A stretch of 64,000 nt of DNA from an uncultured virus (IMG/VR IMGVR_UViG_3300042866_001241) (IMGVR_UViG_3300042866_001241), one strand, 5' to 3'; counted from the stretch's first letter, positions 1-8,061 are shown. Numbers and translations are program-made. The notes: generated from the letters alone by a model not told the origin.

Positions 1-1681
1 TCATGCTATCCAGCCCTGCCATGACCCGTTTGACGGCGTGCTGTCCGATGGGGGAAAGCATATCGGGGGCTGACTGCTTGACCAAAGCTACCCATTCGGT
101 CCACTTGTCGGCATCGGAGAGCTTAGCCTTGCGGTCCTCCTCTTCCTTGGCCTTGGCAGCGGCCTCCTCCTCCATCTTCTTGCGCAACGCTTCCTCTGCC
201 TCGGCCTTAATCTTGGCCTGCCGTTCTTCCTCCCGGCGTGCGAGTTCGGCTTGGCCGCGTTGCACGAGAGTGTCAACGTTCTGGTCATTCCAAACTTCCT
301 TGTCACCGAGTAGGCAATAGAAGAAGTCCGCAACCTTGGTGCCTTCTTCAAGAAGATATATGCGACCATCTTTGTCTTCCTTCCACCCGGCATCCTTCAG
401 GCGCTTGACACGGTCTTCGATGACCCGTTGCCGCTCGGCTTGCTTTTCGGCCTTCTGGCGCTTGCGCTCCTGCATCTTCTCGCCAAGGGAAATTAACGTA
501 TCGAACCCATGGTCTGTCACGCCGGTAAGCCCATGCTCACTTTCGAGCATGATAGCAGTGTTGACCAATCCATCCTCGTCATATAGTACCATGCCCGGCT
601 CCGGTTCGCCGTCCTCTGCACGGTACGCCCACCCAGCTTGACCCAGCCTGTGCATGCGGTCGTTCAGCTTGCGCTGCCGCTCAGCCGCCTGGTTCTGCTG
701 CTCTGCCCATACCTGTGCCTCTTCGATGAGCTTCAGGCGCTTCTCCACCATCCTCCATGCCTCGGCCTGAAGTTCTTCCCATCCTTCGGCGCTCATCTCT
801 CCGAGGTCGGACGGCACCACGTTTATCAGTGCCATGTTCCCATGGGTGATGTACAGTTGCCCATCGCTGCCCGTGGTCATGCCGATGGCAAGCAGCCTGT
901 CCGTACGGGACTGCACGCGAAGGGTGATCAGTTCCTGCTTCTCCTTCTCCAGCCGCTGTGCCTCGATACGAAGCCGTTCCTGTTCAGCCTGGATGCGCTC
1001 CTGCTCCTCCCGTGCCGCCCGTTCTTCCGCCTCCTTCTTCTCCCGCTCTTCGGCGGCAACGATCTCTGCTGAACGAACGAGGTTGTTCCACGTATCGTAG
1101 TCGCACGAGTTGATCTGATCCAGCGTGATGGTCACCGAGCCGATGACGTACCGCTCCGGCTCAATGCCACTGGCTGCGCGGCGGATACAGCCGACCGCTT
1201 CGAGGGCTGCGTACCTGGCTTGCAGTTGGCGCTGTGCCTCAGCCTCTTCCTCCTTCTTGATGCGTTCCTGCTCAGCACGGAAGTCATCCTTGTACTTCAC
1301 CAGCGGGTCTTCGATTTGCCGCACCATGCCGGTGTAGGTCTTCTCGTTCGCGATCCAAGCGTTGCGGATCATGTTCGCTTCCTCCCGTCCCTTCTTGCAG
1401 ATGCGCTCGATCTTGGTACGCATCTTCACCAGCGGGGTGATGACGTTCTTCTGGAGTTCATCCAGTTCCTTCTCGGAATGGACGGGCTTCATCCACTGCT
1501 CCGCGTTCTGTCGCAGTTCAGACAGTGCCTCTTCCGTGATGCCAGCCTTGACAAGGCGCTCCTGCACGGTGAGTTCGACGCTCTCGTTGATGTCCTCTTG
1601 GAAGACGGTCGGGATGGGGGTGAGCCGGTCGCCGGTGAAGTTTCCGGGTTCGTATGGCTGCTGTTGGTCGTTGGTGTTCAT
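1..1681 (-). CDS. Long coiled-coil protein (DUF1351-like N-terminus), truncated by window edge
   Basis: ATG at 1681 (MNTNDQQQPYEP...). Frame appears open to the window start and is E/K/R/A-rich. Absent from the ORF track because there is no stop in the window. Confidence 0.75.
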   Translation of the reverse strand, partial: MNTNDQQQPYEPGNFTGDRLTPIPTVFQEDINESVELTVQERLVKAGITEEALSELRQNAEQWMKPVHSEKELDELQKNVITPLVKMRTKIERICKKGREEANMIRNAWIANEKTYTGMVRQIEDPLVKYKDDFRAEQERIKKEEEAEAQRQLQARYAALEAVGCIRRAASGIEPERYVIGSVTITLDQINSCDYDTWNNLVRSAEIVAAEEREKKEAEERAAREEQERIQAEQERLRIEAQRLEKEKQELITLRVQSRTDRLLAIGMTTGSDGQLYITHGNMALINVVPSDLGEMSAEGWEELQAEAWRMVEKRLKLIEEAQVWAEQQNQAAERQRKLNDRMHRLGQAGWAYRAEDGEPEPGMVLYDEDGLVNTAIMLESEHGLTGVTDHGFDTLISLGEKMQERKRQKAEKQAERQRVIEDRVKRLKDAGWKEDKDGRIYLLEEGTKVADFFYCLLGDKEVWNDQNVDTLVQRGQAELARREEERQAKIKAEAEEALRKKMEEEAAAKAKEEEDRKAKLSDADKWTEWVALVKQSAPDMLSPIGQHAVKRVMAGLDSM

Positions 1682-2166
1682 GCTGCTGTCGGTTGGTTCT
1701 TTGCTCGTTCCTGTACTGCCATACGCTCCATGTAGTTCGTATGGTTCTGCTCGTGCCGAAGGTCGGCTATCTCCTGCTGCATGGAGGAGAGTACCTGCTT
1801 GGTGGAGTCGATCATGCTGGAGATCAGTTCGTAGTCGCTCTCGTCCTCTGTCTCCTGCTTACGGCGCTGGAGAACGTGGTCGAGGGATTCGGTCTGAGCT
1901 TCGAGCATGTTCATTGGGCGCTTCTTGGTGGCGGACTTGTCCTCTTCGATGGCCCTGCTTATTTCCCTGGCAATGGCGTACTTCCGGTACACGTAGGACA
2001 GGGACTTCTTGCCGTATGCTTGCTTGATGTGGGCGGTAAGGCGGAAGAGGTGAACAGCGAGGTCACGGCGCAACTCGATCAGTGCCGGTAGGTGGTGATG
2101 CTGGGAGTGGTAGGTGTCTACTACGGCCGTCATGTGGTCGATGATGCGTTGTGCCTCGCTGTTCAT
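1678..2166 (-). CDS. Hypothetical helical protein
   Basis: MNSEAQRII..., ATGA overlap with the next gene. Confidence 0.7.
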   Translation of the reverse strand: MNSEAQRIIDHMTAVVDTYHSQHHHLPALIELRRDLAVHLFRLTAHIKQAYGKKSLSYVYRKYAIAREISRAIEEDKSATKKRPMNMLEAQTESLDHVLQRRKQETEDESDYELISSMIDSTKQVLSSMQQEIADLRHEQNHTNYMERMAVQERAKNQPTAA

Positions 2167-2171
2167 GGCTC

Positions 2172-2579
2172 TTACAGTGAGATTGCGATGCTGTCCTTTC
2201 CGTTCGTCCACTTCGCAGGCTCGATGACCTCTCCGGTCGTCTCGTCCACCACCTGCTCCCCTTTCTGCATCATCACCTGTGCTGCATACTTGTGGACCTC
2301 CTGCTTCGCCTTGACCTGCTTCTCCAGGAGGGCGATGGCGGGGATGTGGGAGTAGCTGTACGTGGTGCGGCCGGGGTACTTCTTGATGGTAGCCCCGTCG
2401 ATGGTCACCTCTTGGCTGGCGTGGCGTTCTTGATGCTCCTGCACTGCGAGTTCCTTGACCGCCTCGTAGTCCTCGGTCAGCTTCTCCAGCATGCGCCGGA
2501 GAAGTACCACTGCCTGCAATGCGCTCCGGTTGCCGTTCTCAGCTTCCTGCCGAATGATCGTGCTGCTGCTGTTGCTCAT
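2172..2579 (-). CDS. Hypothetical phage protein
   Basis: 135 aa ORF in operon, ends with VDETTGEVIEPAK motif common in phage proteins. Confidence 0.7.
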   Translation of the reverse strand: MSNSSSTIIRQEAENGNRSALQAVVLLRRMLEKLTEDYEAVKELAVQEHQERHASQEVTIDGATIKKYPGRTTYSYSHIPAIALLEKQVKAKQEVHKYAAQVMMQKGEQVVDETTGEVIEPAKWTNGKDSIAISL

Positions 2580-2883
2580 GTTGCTGATTGTTGATGTGAT
2601 GGATGATGGACGGGCTGATCTTCACCTTGACCCGCTTGCGGGCAGGTATCTCGATGCTGGTGGTGAACCCGTATCCCGCTCGGCCGACCTTGGCCTTGGA
2701 CATATACGGGGTCATGGACATCAGGCCCCTGATCTCTACCTCATTGCCATGGGCAAGGGCATCGGCCAGGATTTCGGTGATGTGGTCGATGATCTTCTTG
2801 CCCATCTCCTTGGAGATGTCGTTGCGGTACGACAACTGGCGGGCAAGGTAATCTTTGGTGATCGTGGTCTTTACGGTGCTCAT
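2539..2883 (-). CDS. HU/IHF-family DNA-bending protein
   Basis: ITKDYLARQLS...ILADALAHGNEVEIRG...IEIPARKRVKVKIS follows the HU/IHF pattern. Confidence 0.85.
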   Translation of the reverse strand: MSTVKTTITKDYLARQLSYRNDISKEMGKKIIDHITEILADALAHGNEVEIRGLMSMTPYMSKAKVGRAGYGFTTSIEIPARKRVKVKISPSIIHHINNQQHEQQQQHDHSAGS

Positions 2884-2886
2884 GGC

Positions 2887-3705
2887 TCAGAAGGGGAGAT
2901 CGCTTGGGTCTTCTTCCTCCATGCCGGCACCGTCGAACGGGTTGTCGTCTGCGATGGCTGCTGCCGTCTGCAATGCCTGCTGCACGTTTGCCGGAACGGT
3001 GCTTGTCTGATGCACCGGCTGCTGGGTGGGCACCGGGGCGGGCACGGCTGCGTTCGCGGCGTTGATGTTCTTGTACAGCACAGCGATACCGTTCTCGTTC
3101 AGGTAGCGGTCACGGTCGAGGAATGTCCACACATCCTTGCCGTCCACCGGGTTGACCACCTTCTTGCCCGGAGGCAGGCCACCATTGCCGTTCACATCGT
3201 TCTTCCAGTTGTTCTCCTTGGTCCAGTGCCGACCAACGTTCTGCCCACCCTGCACAGGCATCAACAGGTTGTTGATCTTGCCGGTCTTCTCGTCCTTGAT
3301 GGAATAGGGCTTGAGCTTGACGACCTTGGAGGGGTCGATGTTGGGAGCACGCATGGCGAAGTCCACCCAATATCGGTCGCCCTTCTGCACGGTGACGATG
3401 GCGGTGCCGCTCTCGTCCTGGATGGTGATCTCCATCACCTCGTCGATGCGGTTGCCTAGACGCGGATACTCCACGTACTCGATGTTGGTGATGCGACCGG
3501 AAACGTAGTCGTAGTGTGCGTGCCACACCTCGTTGCCGTTCTTGTCCACCACTGGCGCTCCGTCATTGCGGAATGCCTGCACTGCTCCGGGTGTTCCCTT
3601 GGGAACCTTCATGCCGAAGACCGCCTTCTCTCGACCCTGCTGGTCCCGACCCTTGCGGATGGAGAAATAGGTCTTGTAGGTTCTCTCTTCTTGTCCGTAT
3701 GCCAT
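2887..3705 (-). CDS. Putative single-stranded DNA-binding protein
   Basis: 272 aa, beta-rich core, P/Q/A linker, acidic tail ending EEEDPSDLPF. Confidence 0.6.
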   Translation of the reverse strand: MAYGQEERTYKTYFSIRKGRDQQGREKAVFGMKVPKGTPGAVQAFRNDGAPVVDKNGNEVWHAHYDYVSGRITNIEYVEYPRLGNRIDEVMEITIQDESGTAIVTVQKGDRYWVDFAMRAPNIDPSKVVKLKPYSIKDEKTGKINNLLMPVQGGQNVGRHWTKENNWKNDVNGNGGLPPGKKVVNPVDGKDVWTFLDRDRYLNENGIAVLYKNINAANAAVPAPVPTQQPVHQTSTVPANVQQALQTAAAIADDNPFDGAGMEEEDPSDLPF

Positions 3706-3723
3706 CGTTGTTGGGTTGTTGGG

Positions 3724-4125
3724 TTAGTCCTTACGGTTGATGTGTGCTTCCATGGACTTCGCTGCCAGCTTCAGGGTCACGGCGTAGTCCTTCACCGGCT
3801 TGCCTGCCCACTGAGGGTCGCGCTGCATCAGCGTGTCCGCCATCTTCAGTGCCTCGATGCGTACGTAGGCCGTGTCCCTGTCGGTGACAGCATCTGCCGG
3901 GGCGTGGTGGATGCGGGCGATGCCGTTCTTGGTGAAGGTGGCGTAGTAGGCGTACTCCTTGCCGACCTCCCACGGAAGCGGGTCTGCTTCCGGGTGCCAG
4001 ACCATGCCTCGTCCCCCATCGCTGAAGGCAAGCATGTATCCTTGGATCTTCTTGGTCTTGTCCGCTGCCATGAACGGCTCTCCGTCCTTGACCACTTCAG
4101 TACAGGTGCCCTTGTTCGTTGTCAT
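3724..4125 (-). CDS. Hypothetical protein
   Basis: 133 aa ORF in the minus-strand operon. Confidence 0.65.
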   Translation of the reverse strand: MTTNKGTCTEVVKDGEPFMAADKTKKIQGYMLAFSDGGRGMVWHPEADPLPWEVGKEYAYYATFTKNGIARIHHAPADAVTDRDTAYVRIEALKMADTLMQRDPQWAGKPVKDYAVTLKLAAKSMEAHINRKD

Positions 4126-4420
4126 CGTGGTAGTTATTGTTGCTGTTGGGTTCGACGCCTGCTGACAGTAGCAGGCCGGTAAGTTCGAGGTTCGGTCGCT
4201 TGCTGTAAGCGAGTTCGAGCGCGTGGTTGTACTTGTCCAGTAGCTTGATCACCGACCGGAGCAACTGGCTTTCCGCTTCGTCCACCTGGGCCTGCATGAC
4301 CCTTGCGAGGGTAGGAGTGTCGGCACCTTCAAGGATGCTCTCCCTGATCGTTCGGTGAGATGCGTTGATCGCGTCCACCGTCTCCTGCTTGAGCAGGACT
4401 TGCTTGTTGCTGTTGTTCAT
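4097..4420 (-). CDS. Hypothetical protein
   Basis: 107 aa ORF with ACAGCA-type leader. Confidence 0.6.
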   Translation of the reverse strand: MNNSNKQVLLKQETVDAINASHRTIRESILEGADTPTLARVMQAQVDEAESQLLRSVIKLLDKYNHALELAYSKRPNLELTGLLLSAGVEPNSNNNYHDDNEQGHLY

Positions 4421-4562
4421 GGCGTTGCTGTGCTTTGATCATACATGGGGTCTTGCCCTGGAGGTAGGCTTGGCGGAAGAGAGCTTCATTGCGCTCGTCC
4501 ATTGTCTTGTGCCACCTTCGCTCCTCTTGAAGGGCAAGAAAGTACCGTCCTGATGCTGACAT
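4329..4562 (-). CDS. Hypothetical protein
   Basis: ATG just downstream of the promoter at 4582-4589. Overlaps the next gene. Confidence 0.45.
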   Translation of the reverse strand: MSASGRYFLALQEERRWHKTMDERNEALFRQAYLQGKTPCMIKAQQRHEQQQQASPAQAGDGGRDQRISPNDQGEHP

Positions 4563-4581
4563 TGTGCTGCTGTTGTGGCCT

Positions 4582-4589
4582 CAAAAGTA
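4582..4589 (-). promoter_or_regulatory. Bacteroidota -7 promoter box
   Basis: TACTTTTG on minus strand (TAnnTTTG), 20 nt before an ATG. Confidence 0.7.
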
Positions 4590-4624
4590 GTTACTTATGT
4601 GCGTCTCCGAACACCTGTTGAAAA

Positions 4625-4759
4625 CTATTCGTACAGGATGTGGGTGATGTACAGTATGGCTACCACTATCGTGGCTGAAGTGAGAGTTGCGGTCACGTAC
4701 TGGATGACCCACGGGCTGTCGTTGAGCAGCCAGGTGTATGCCCGGTAGATGGTTCTCAT
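4625..4759 (-). CDS. Small membrane protein (44 aa)
   Basis: MRTIYRAYTWLLNDSPWVIQYVTATLTSATIVVAILYITHILYE, one hydrophobic segment. Confidence 0.55.
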   Translation of the reverse strand: MRTIYRAYTWLLNDSPWVIQYVTATLTSATIVVAILYITHILYE

Positions 4760-4760
4760 G

Positions 4761-4874
4761 TTACTGGTATCTGCGCGGGCAAAGGAATGGCCCAAGCGCG
4801 TTGTTGATGCGTTGCTCGACGTGCCTCAGCCATGCACAGGCAGCGCCGAAGAGTATGCGAATGGTGAATGTCAT
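4761..4874 (-). CDS. Small hypothetical protein (37 aa)
   Basis: MTFTIRILFG..., abuts the next gene, ACAGCA leader. Confidence 0.45.
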   Translation of the reverse strand: MTFTIRILFGAACAWLRHVEQRINNALGPFLCPRRYQ

Positions 4875-4911
4875 GCGTTTGCTGTCGTTTGTAACCGTTT
4901 GTTGGACGGTA

Positions 4912-4938
4912 GTTGGGTTTATTTCGTAGTTAAGCCAC
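4912..4938 (+). other. attI-like recombination junction at the start of the cassette array
   Basis: GTTGGGTTTATTTCGTAG^TTAAGCCAC. Core GTT has no hairpin on its left. GTTAAGCCAC matches the rc of cassette 1 inverse core GTGGCCTAAC at 9/10. Confidence 0.6.
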
Positions 4939-5151
4939 ATTCGGAGGACTTGGAATATTCGTCCAGAACACAGGAGGCCAGCCCGTCCATGGATCAAGGT
5001 CGTCGTTGTCGAAGTACATGCCATCTTCATAGTACCCGACCTTGTACCAGTAGCCTCTTCGCTTATCGTTGTATGCGTACCCGGCAAAAAGCACCTCGGT
5101 CTTATCGGGTGGATTGCAGTCCACCATCTCTGTCCATTTTTCAGACTCCAT
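4930..5151 (-). CDS. Cassette 1: DUF551-like phage protein
   Basis: W...NPPDKTEVL...VGYY...FWTNIPSPP pattern. TAA lies in the core site. Confidence 0.7.
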   Translation of the reverse strand: MESEKWTEMVDCNPPDKTEVLFAGYAYNDKRRGYWYKVGYYEDGMYFDNDDLDPWTGWPPVFWTNIPSPPNVA

Positions 5152-5179
5152 GACTTTTGACTTTGAAGATTAAGAGAAC

Positions 5180-5248
5180 GTGGCCTAACTACAGCTTGCC
5201 GCCATGCAAATTGCACCGCACGGCGTCAAGCAATGTCCGTTACCCGCC
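5180..5248 (+). repeat. attC-like site 1
   Basis: GTGGCCTAAC taca GCTTGCCGCC ... GGCGTCAAGC aatgtcc GTTACCCGCC. Confidence 0.9.
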
Positions 5249-5533
5249 ATGTGAAGACTGCCACCGCTTGAACTTACGAACGGCGTTGCGATCGTTGATG
5301 GCGAAGCACTCGAACACCGTCTCTGACTTCAGCATTCGTTCACTGGAAAATTCGCCATTGGCCTTGAACCAATATGTCTTGCATCCGGCAGGTGGCCGCT
5401 CCTCTCGCTTCGGCGGCGGCCATACCTGCCGGGCCTCGTCGCCACGGCCAGTGAACATCATGCTTTCGCCGGGTGCCATGGCCATTGCCAGTGCCGCCAT
5501 CATCATCGCGTTGCCTTTCATCTTCGGGTTCAT
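5240..5533 (-). CDS. Cassette 2: hypothetical protein
   Basis: 97 aa, flanked by GTTACCCGCC / GGCGGGTAAC. Confidence 0.75.
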   Translation of the reverse strand: MNPKMKGNAMMMAALAMAMAPGESMMFTGRGDEARQVWPPPKREERPPAGCKTYWFKANGEFSSERMLKSETVFECFAINDRNAVRKFKRWQSSHGG

Positions 5534-5560
5534 GCTGGTAGCTTTAAGAGTTAAGAAAAC

Positions 5561-5631
5561 GGCGGGTAACTACAGCTTGCCGCAAGGCCAAATTGCACTG
5601 GCCCAGCGTCAAGCAATGTCCGTTATGCGGG
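5561..5631 (+). repeat. attC-like site 2
   Basis: GGCGGGTAAC taca GCTTGCCGC aa GGCCA...TGGCC ca GCGTCAAGC aatgtcc GTTATGCGGG. Confidence 0.9.
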
Positions 5632-5931
5632 ATCGAGAACAATGCCATACTTGTCGGCCACTACCTGAATAGCCAACTCCAAACCCACTTGAGGCGGCCC
5701 TGTTTCTCGTAAGAACGCAGCCTCCTTCTTCATCCACTGAAGCGCCCACTTCAAGTCGTCGTTCTTGTTCTTTTCCATCGCCGTCACTTCGCTCTCAGTG
5801 AATACTCGCTCGTGCTTGTCGTCGTGGATCACCAACGTAGCTGGGATGCCTCCGCTTTCTTCGCTGGTGAAGTTGGGCTTGTTCGAGGCCGTAGGCCAGT
5901 CTGTACTACCGTTGATCTTCGCTTGTGCCAT
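5623..5931 (-). CDS. Cassette 3: hypothetical protein
   Basis: 102 aa, flanked by GTTATGCGGG / CCCGCATAAC. Confidence 0.75.
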   Translation of the reverse strand: MAQAKINGSTDWPTASNKPNFTSEESGGIPATLVIHDDKHERVFTESEVTAMEKNKNDDLKWALQWMKKEAAFLRETGPPQVGLELAIQVVADKYGIVLDPA

Positions 5932-5981
5932 GTTGTGCGCGTTTAACCGTGTAACCTATTGACCTTCTGAAAGAGAACGAC

Positions 5982-6046
5982 CCCGCATAACAGTCGGGTT
6001 GCCGTTATTGAATGCACAACGGCAACCCGCCGAACCGTTGTATGCA
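5982..6046 (+). repeat. attC-like site 3
   Basis: CCCGCATAAC agt CGGGTTGCCGTT ... AACGGCAACCCG ccgaacc GTTGTATGCA. Confidence 0.9.
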
Positions 6047-6061
6047 AGCGAAAAGACAGAC

Positions 6062-6230
6062 GTTCGTGGTGTTGGTGGGGTTACCGTTGCCGGCAACAGG
6101 ATCGCTAAATCCTTCTGGTGCATATTGTCCTATGTCGGGTAGCTGTTCCGCGTCCTCTCGAACGCGGCCCTTTTGTGATTCTGCACCATGCGGCTTCCTC
6201 TTCGGCGTGCCGCCCACCAACACCAAGAAC
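6062..6230 (-). ncRNA. Cassette 4: ORF-less cassette, candidate structured RNA
   Basis: 18 bp terminal inverted repeat (6062-6079 vs 6213-6230, one mismatch) encloses several helices, including CCGCGTTC-GAGA-GGACGCGG on the minus strand. No credible ORF. Confidence 0.55.
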
Positions 6231-6242
6231 TCAAAGAACGCC

Positions 6243-6324
6243 TGCATACAACTACGTGTTGTCGCAACCTTCCCGCCCCGCAAATCTAACGCACGGCAGC
6301 GGCAACACTTGTCCGTTGTGCCCA
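6243..6324 (+). repeat. attC-like site 4
   Basis: TGCATACAAC tac GTGTTGTCGC ... GCGGCAACAC ttgtcc GTTGTGCCCA. Confidence 0.9.
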
Positions 6325-6330
6325 ATGCAA

Positions 6331-6558
6331 TTACAACCACTCCCCCTCGAACACCATCCCGCCACAGACCTGACCGTCCACACGGTGAAGCCTTGGGTAT
6401 CGAAACGAGCCATCGCCCCCGCGTGGAACACGGCCTGTTGAAATCCAGCCGCACACCTTACACCTAATGCGAAGAGGGGCACTGGGCACAACTACAGCTT
6501 GCCGCAACTGGCCTGCGTCTGTGTCCTTTGACAGCTTATTGTTCGGTTTGGTGTTCAT
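6331..6558 (-). CDS. Cassette 5: small Cys/His protein, start codon inside the attC loop
   Basis: MNTKPNNK...QLRQAVVVPS...RCKVCG...H...VCGG, flanked by GTTGTGCCCA / TGGGCACAAC. Confidence 0.65.
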   Translation of the reverse strand: MNTKPNNKLSKDTDAGQLRQAVVVPSAPLRIRCKVCGWISTGRVPRGGDGSFRYPRLHRVDGQVCGGMVFEGEWL

Positions 6559-6617
6559 CGGTTCTATGGGTGTTTGTGAGTAGGGCCAGCAGCGGCAAGC
6601 AATGTCCGTTAGCGGTC
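6483..6617 (+). repeat. attC-like site 5 (long loop)
   Basis: TGGGCACAAC taca GCTTGCCGC aa CTGGCC ... GGCCAG ca GCGGCAAGC aatgtcc GTTAGCGGT. Confidence 0.9.
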
Positions 6618-6620
6618 ATG

Positions 6621-6842
6621 CTAAACAGACTTCCGAGAACAATCATCTTTGCAATACATTTGAATATTTGAACTGCGATATTCTTCAAGTGAAATTGTTT
6701 TAACTTGTAAATCGTATTTCATAACTTCTTTTGCAAATTCATTCTTGCTTTTAGTGTCCATTGTATGTTCAACCGCTACACGAATAGCATTATTACACTC
6801 GGGACAAACACTCATTTTAATTTTTACGTCTTTATCTTCCAT
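6621..6842 (-). CDS. Cassette 6: AT-rich CxxC-containing hypothetical protein
   Basis: 73 aa with CPEC...CKDDC, flanked by GTTAGCGGT / ACCGCTAAC. Confidence 0.75.
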   Translation of the reverse strand: MEDKDVKIKMSVCPECNNAIRVAVEHTMDTKSKNEFAKEVMKYDLQVKTISLEEYRSSNIQMYCKDDCSRKSV

Positions 6843-6866
6843 TTTACTTTGATTTGAGAAGCACGA

Positions 6867-7004
6867 ACCGCTAACAAGTGCTATACAATATGGCGGCTGA
6901 CGTGCTTCGATTAAACATTTGTTTTTAATTCAACTTTGGTGCTTCGTATTGGTCTTTTGTACTGAAAATCCGCCACATCGTATAGCACCGATACGTTCTG
7001 CGCC
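6867..7004 (+). repeat. attC-like site 6 (AT-rich, long)
   Basis: ACCGCTAAC aa GTGCTATACAATATGGCGG ... CCGCCACATCGTATAGCAC cgatac GTTCTGCGCC. Confidence 0.9.
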
Positions 7005-7010
7005 ATGCAA

Positions 7011-7268
7011 TTACAACTCACGAGCGCGGATCATCGCATCGGCCAGCCTGTAAGCATCTACTGCCAAGTGCATTTGCCAGTCTGCGTCCCACTGGTTTTT
7101 CGCGTTGGCCTGATCCGCATATTGCCTGTACACCTCTGGCATCAGCTTCGCGGCCATGTAGTCTCTCAGCGTCATGCCCGGCTCTGCATATTGTGCGCGT
7201 TCGCCGTTGTTCATCGTGCTGCTTTCTTGGACCGGAAAGGCCGATCCTCCTGTGTTCGTTGTGCTCAT
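7011..7268 (-). CDS. Cassette 7: widespread small phage protein (GGxAFP...GMTLRDY family)
   Basis: TGGSAFPV...GMTLRDYMAAK...AYRLADAMIRAR. Confidence 0.8.
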   Translation of the reverse strand: MSTTNTGGSAFPVQESSTMNNGERAQYAEPGMTLRDYMAAKLMPEVYRQYADQANAKNQWDADWQMHLAVDAYRLADAMIRAREL

Positions 7269-7317
7269 CGTTGTTTGTGTTACTTGTTCAACTTACTGAC
7301 CTACCGAAAAAGAGCAC

Positions 7318-7380
7318 GGCGCAGAACAGCGTGGTTGGCGGCATTGAAACGACCGCCAACCGCGCGGATCGTTAGGCCAC
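7318..7380 (+). repeat. attC-like site 7
   Basis: GGCGCAGAAC a GCGTGGTTGGCGG ... CCGCCAACCGCGC ggatc GTTAGGCCAC. Confidence 0.9.
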
Positions 7381-7608
7381 ATTCAATGCCGACTTGTGAC
7401 GCCACGCAGCATCTCGTACATCTCCGGCCCAATGACCACTATCCGCACACCATAGGTTAATTGTCCCGGCATCTCGAATTTCCTTGGTCTGTGCCATTTT
7501 TGCAGCAAAGCACTTGAATCCGCACTCAGGACACATCGGGATCATATCAGCTGCTTTCATTGCGCTTAAAAAGTCTTCCGTCGATTTGCTCAGTTTATAT
7601 TCATCCAT
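7372..7608 (-). CDS. Cassette 8: zinc-ribbon-like hypothetical protein
   Basis: CPECG...WCADSGHW, TAA in core site, flanked by GTTAGGCCAC / GTGGCCTAAC. Confidence 0.75.
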   Translation of the reverse strand: MDEYKLSKSTEDFLSAMKAADMIPMCPECGFKCFAAKMAQTKEIRDAGTINLWCADSGHWAGDVRDAAWRHKSALNVA

Positions 7609-7637
7609 GACCTTTTGATTTGAAAGTTAAAGAGAAC

Positions 7638-7700
7638 GTGGCCTAACTACGTGTATACGCCACCCAGAGCGGCGGCGCATACACTTGTTCGTTATACGCA
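7638..7700 (+). repeat. attC-like site 8
   Basis: GTGGCCTAAC tac GTGTATACGCC ... GGCGCATACAC ttgttc GTTATACGCA. Confidence 0.9.
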
Positions 7701-7703
7701 ACC

Positions 7704-7943
7704 TTAGTAACCCGCATTGACACGAATTGCAGTTGCTTCATAAATTAATCGTTCACGAATAAATCCATCAACGAAATAATCTCTACATTGGTCTAATACC
7801 CATAATTGGTCATCTTCTGACCATTCGGCAGCATCCATAAAAGCAAGAAAGCTATCTACGATTATTTCTGCTTGGTGTTCGTCTTTTGCCCACTCGATTA
7901 ATTTATCAGTAAGCGTTTGTCTTAGTTGTGATAATTGACTCAT
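7704..7943 (-). CDS. Cassette 9: AT-rich acidic hypothetical protein
   Basis: 79 aa, flanked by GTTATACGCA / TGCGTATAAC. Confidence 0.75.
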   Translation of the reverse strand: MSQLSQLRQTLTDKLIEWAKDEHQAEIIVDSFLAFMDAAEWSEDDQLWVLDQCRDYFVDGFIRERLIYEATAIRVNAGY

Positions 7944-7953
7944 AATAAAAGGC

Positions 7954-8055
7954 TGCGTATAACAGCGTGTTTATGCAAGCGGGCGGACAGCTTGCGGTTA
8001 ATATTTAAGTTCGTGTTATGCCCGCCTGACATAAACACGCAAAACGTTCTGCGCC
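7954..8055 (+). repeat. attC-like site 9
   Basis: TGCGTATAAC a GCGTGTTTATGCAAGCGGGC ... GCCCGCCTGACATAAACACGC aaaac GTTCTGCGCC. Confidence 0.9.
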
Positions 8056-8061
8056 ATGCAA

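Noticed and set aside
1..4200. Plus-strand ORFs in the ORF track
   Set aside because: Antisense to a tightly packed minus-strand operon with promoters and coupled start/stop codons.
6005..6467. ORFs 6005-6454 (-), 6012-6467 (+), 4761-5216 (-) and 5157-5672 (+)
   Set aside because: They run across whole attC sites and overlap better-supported cassette genes.
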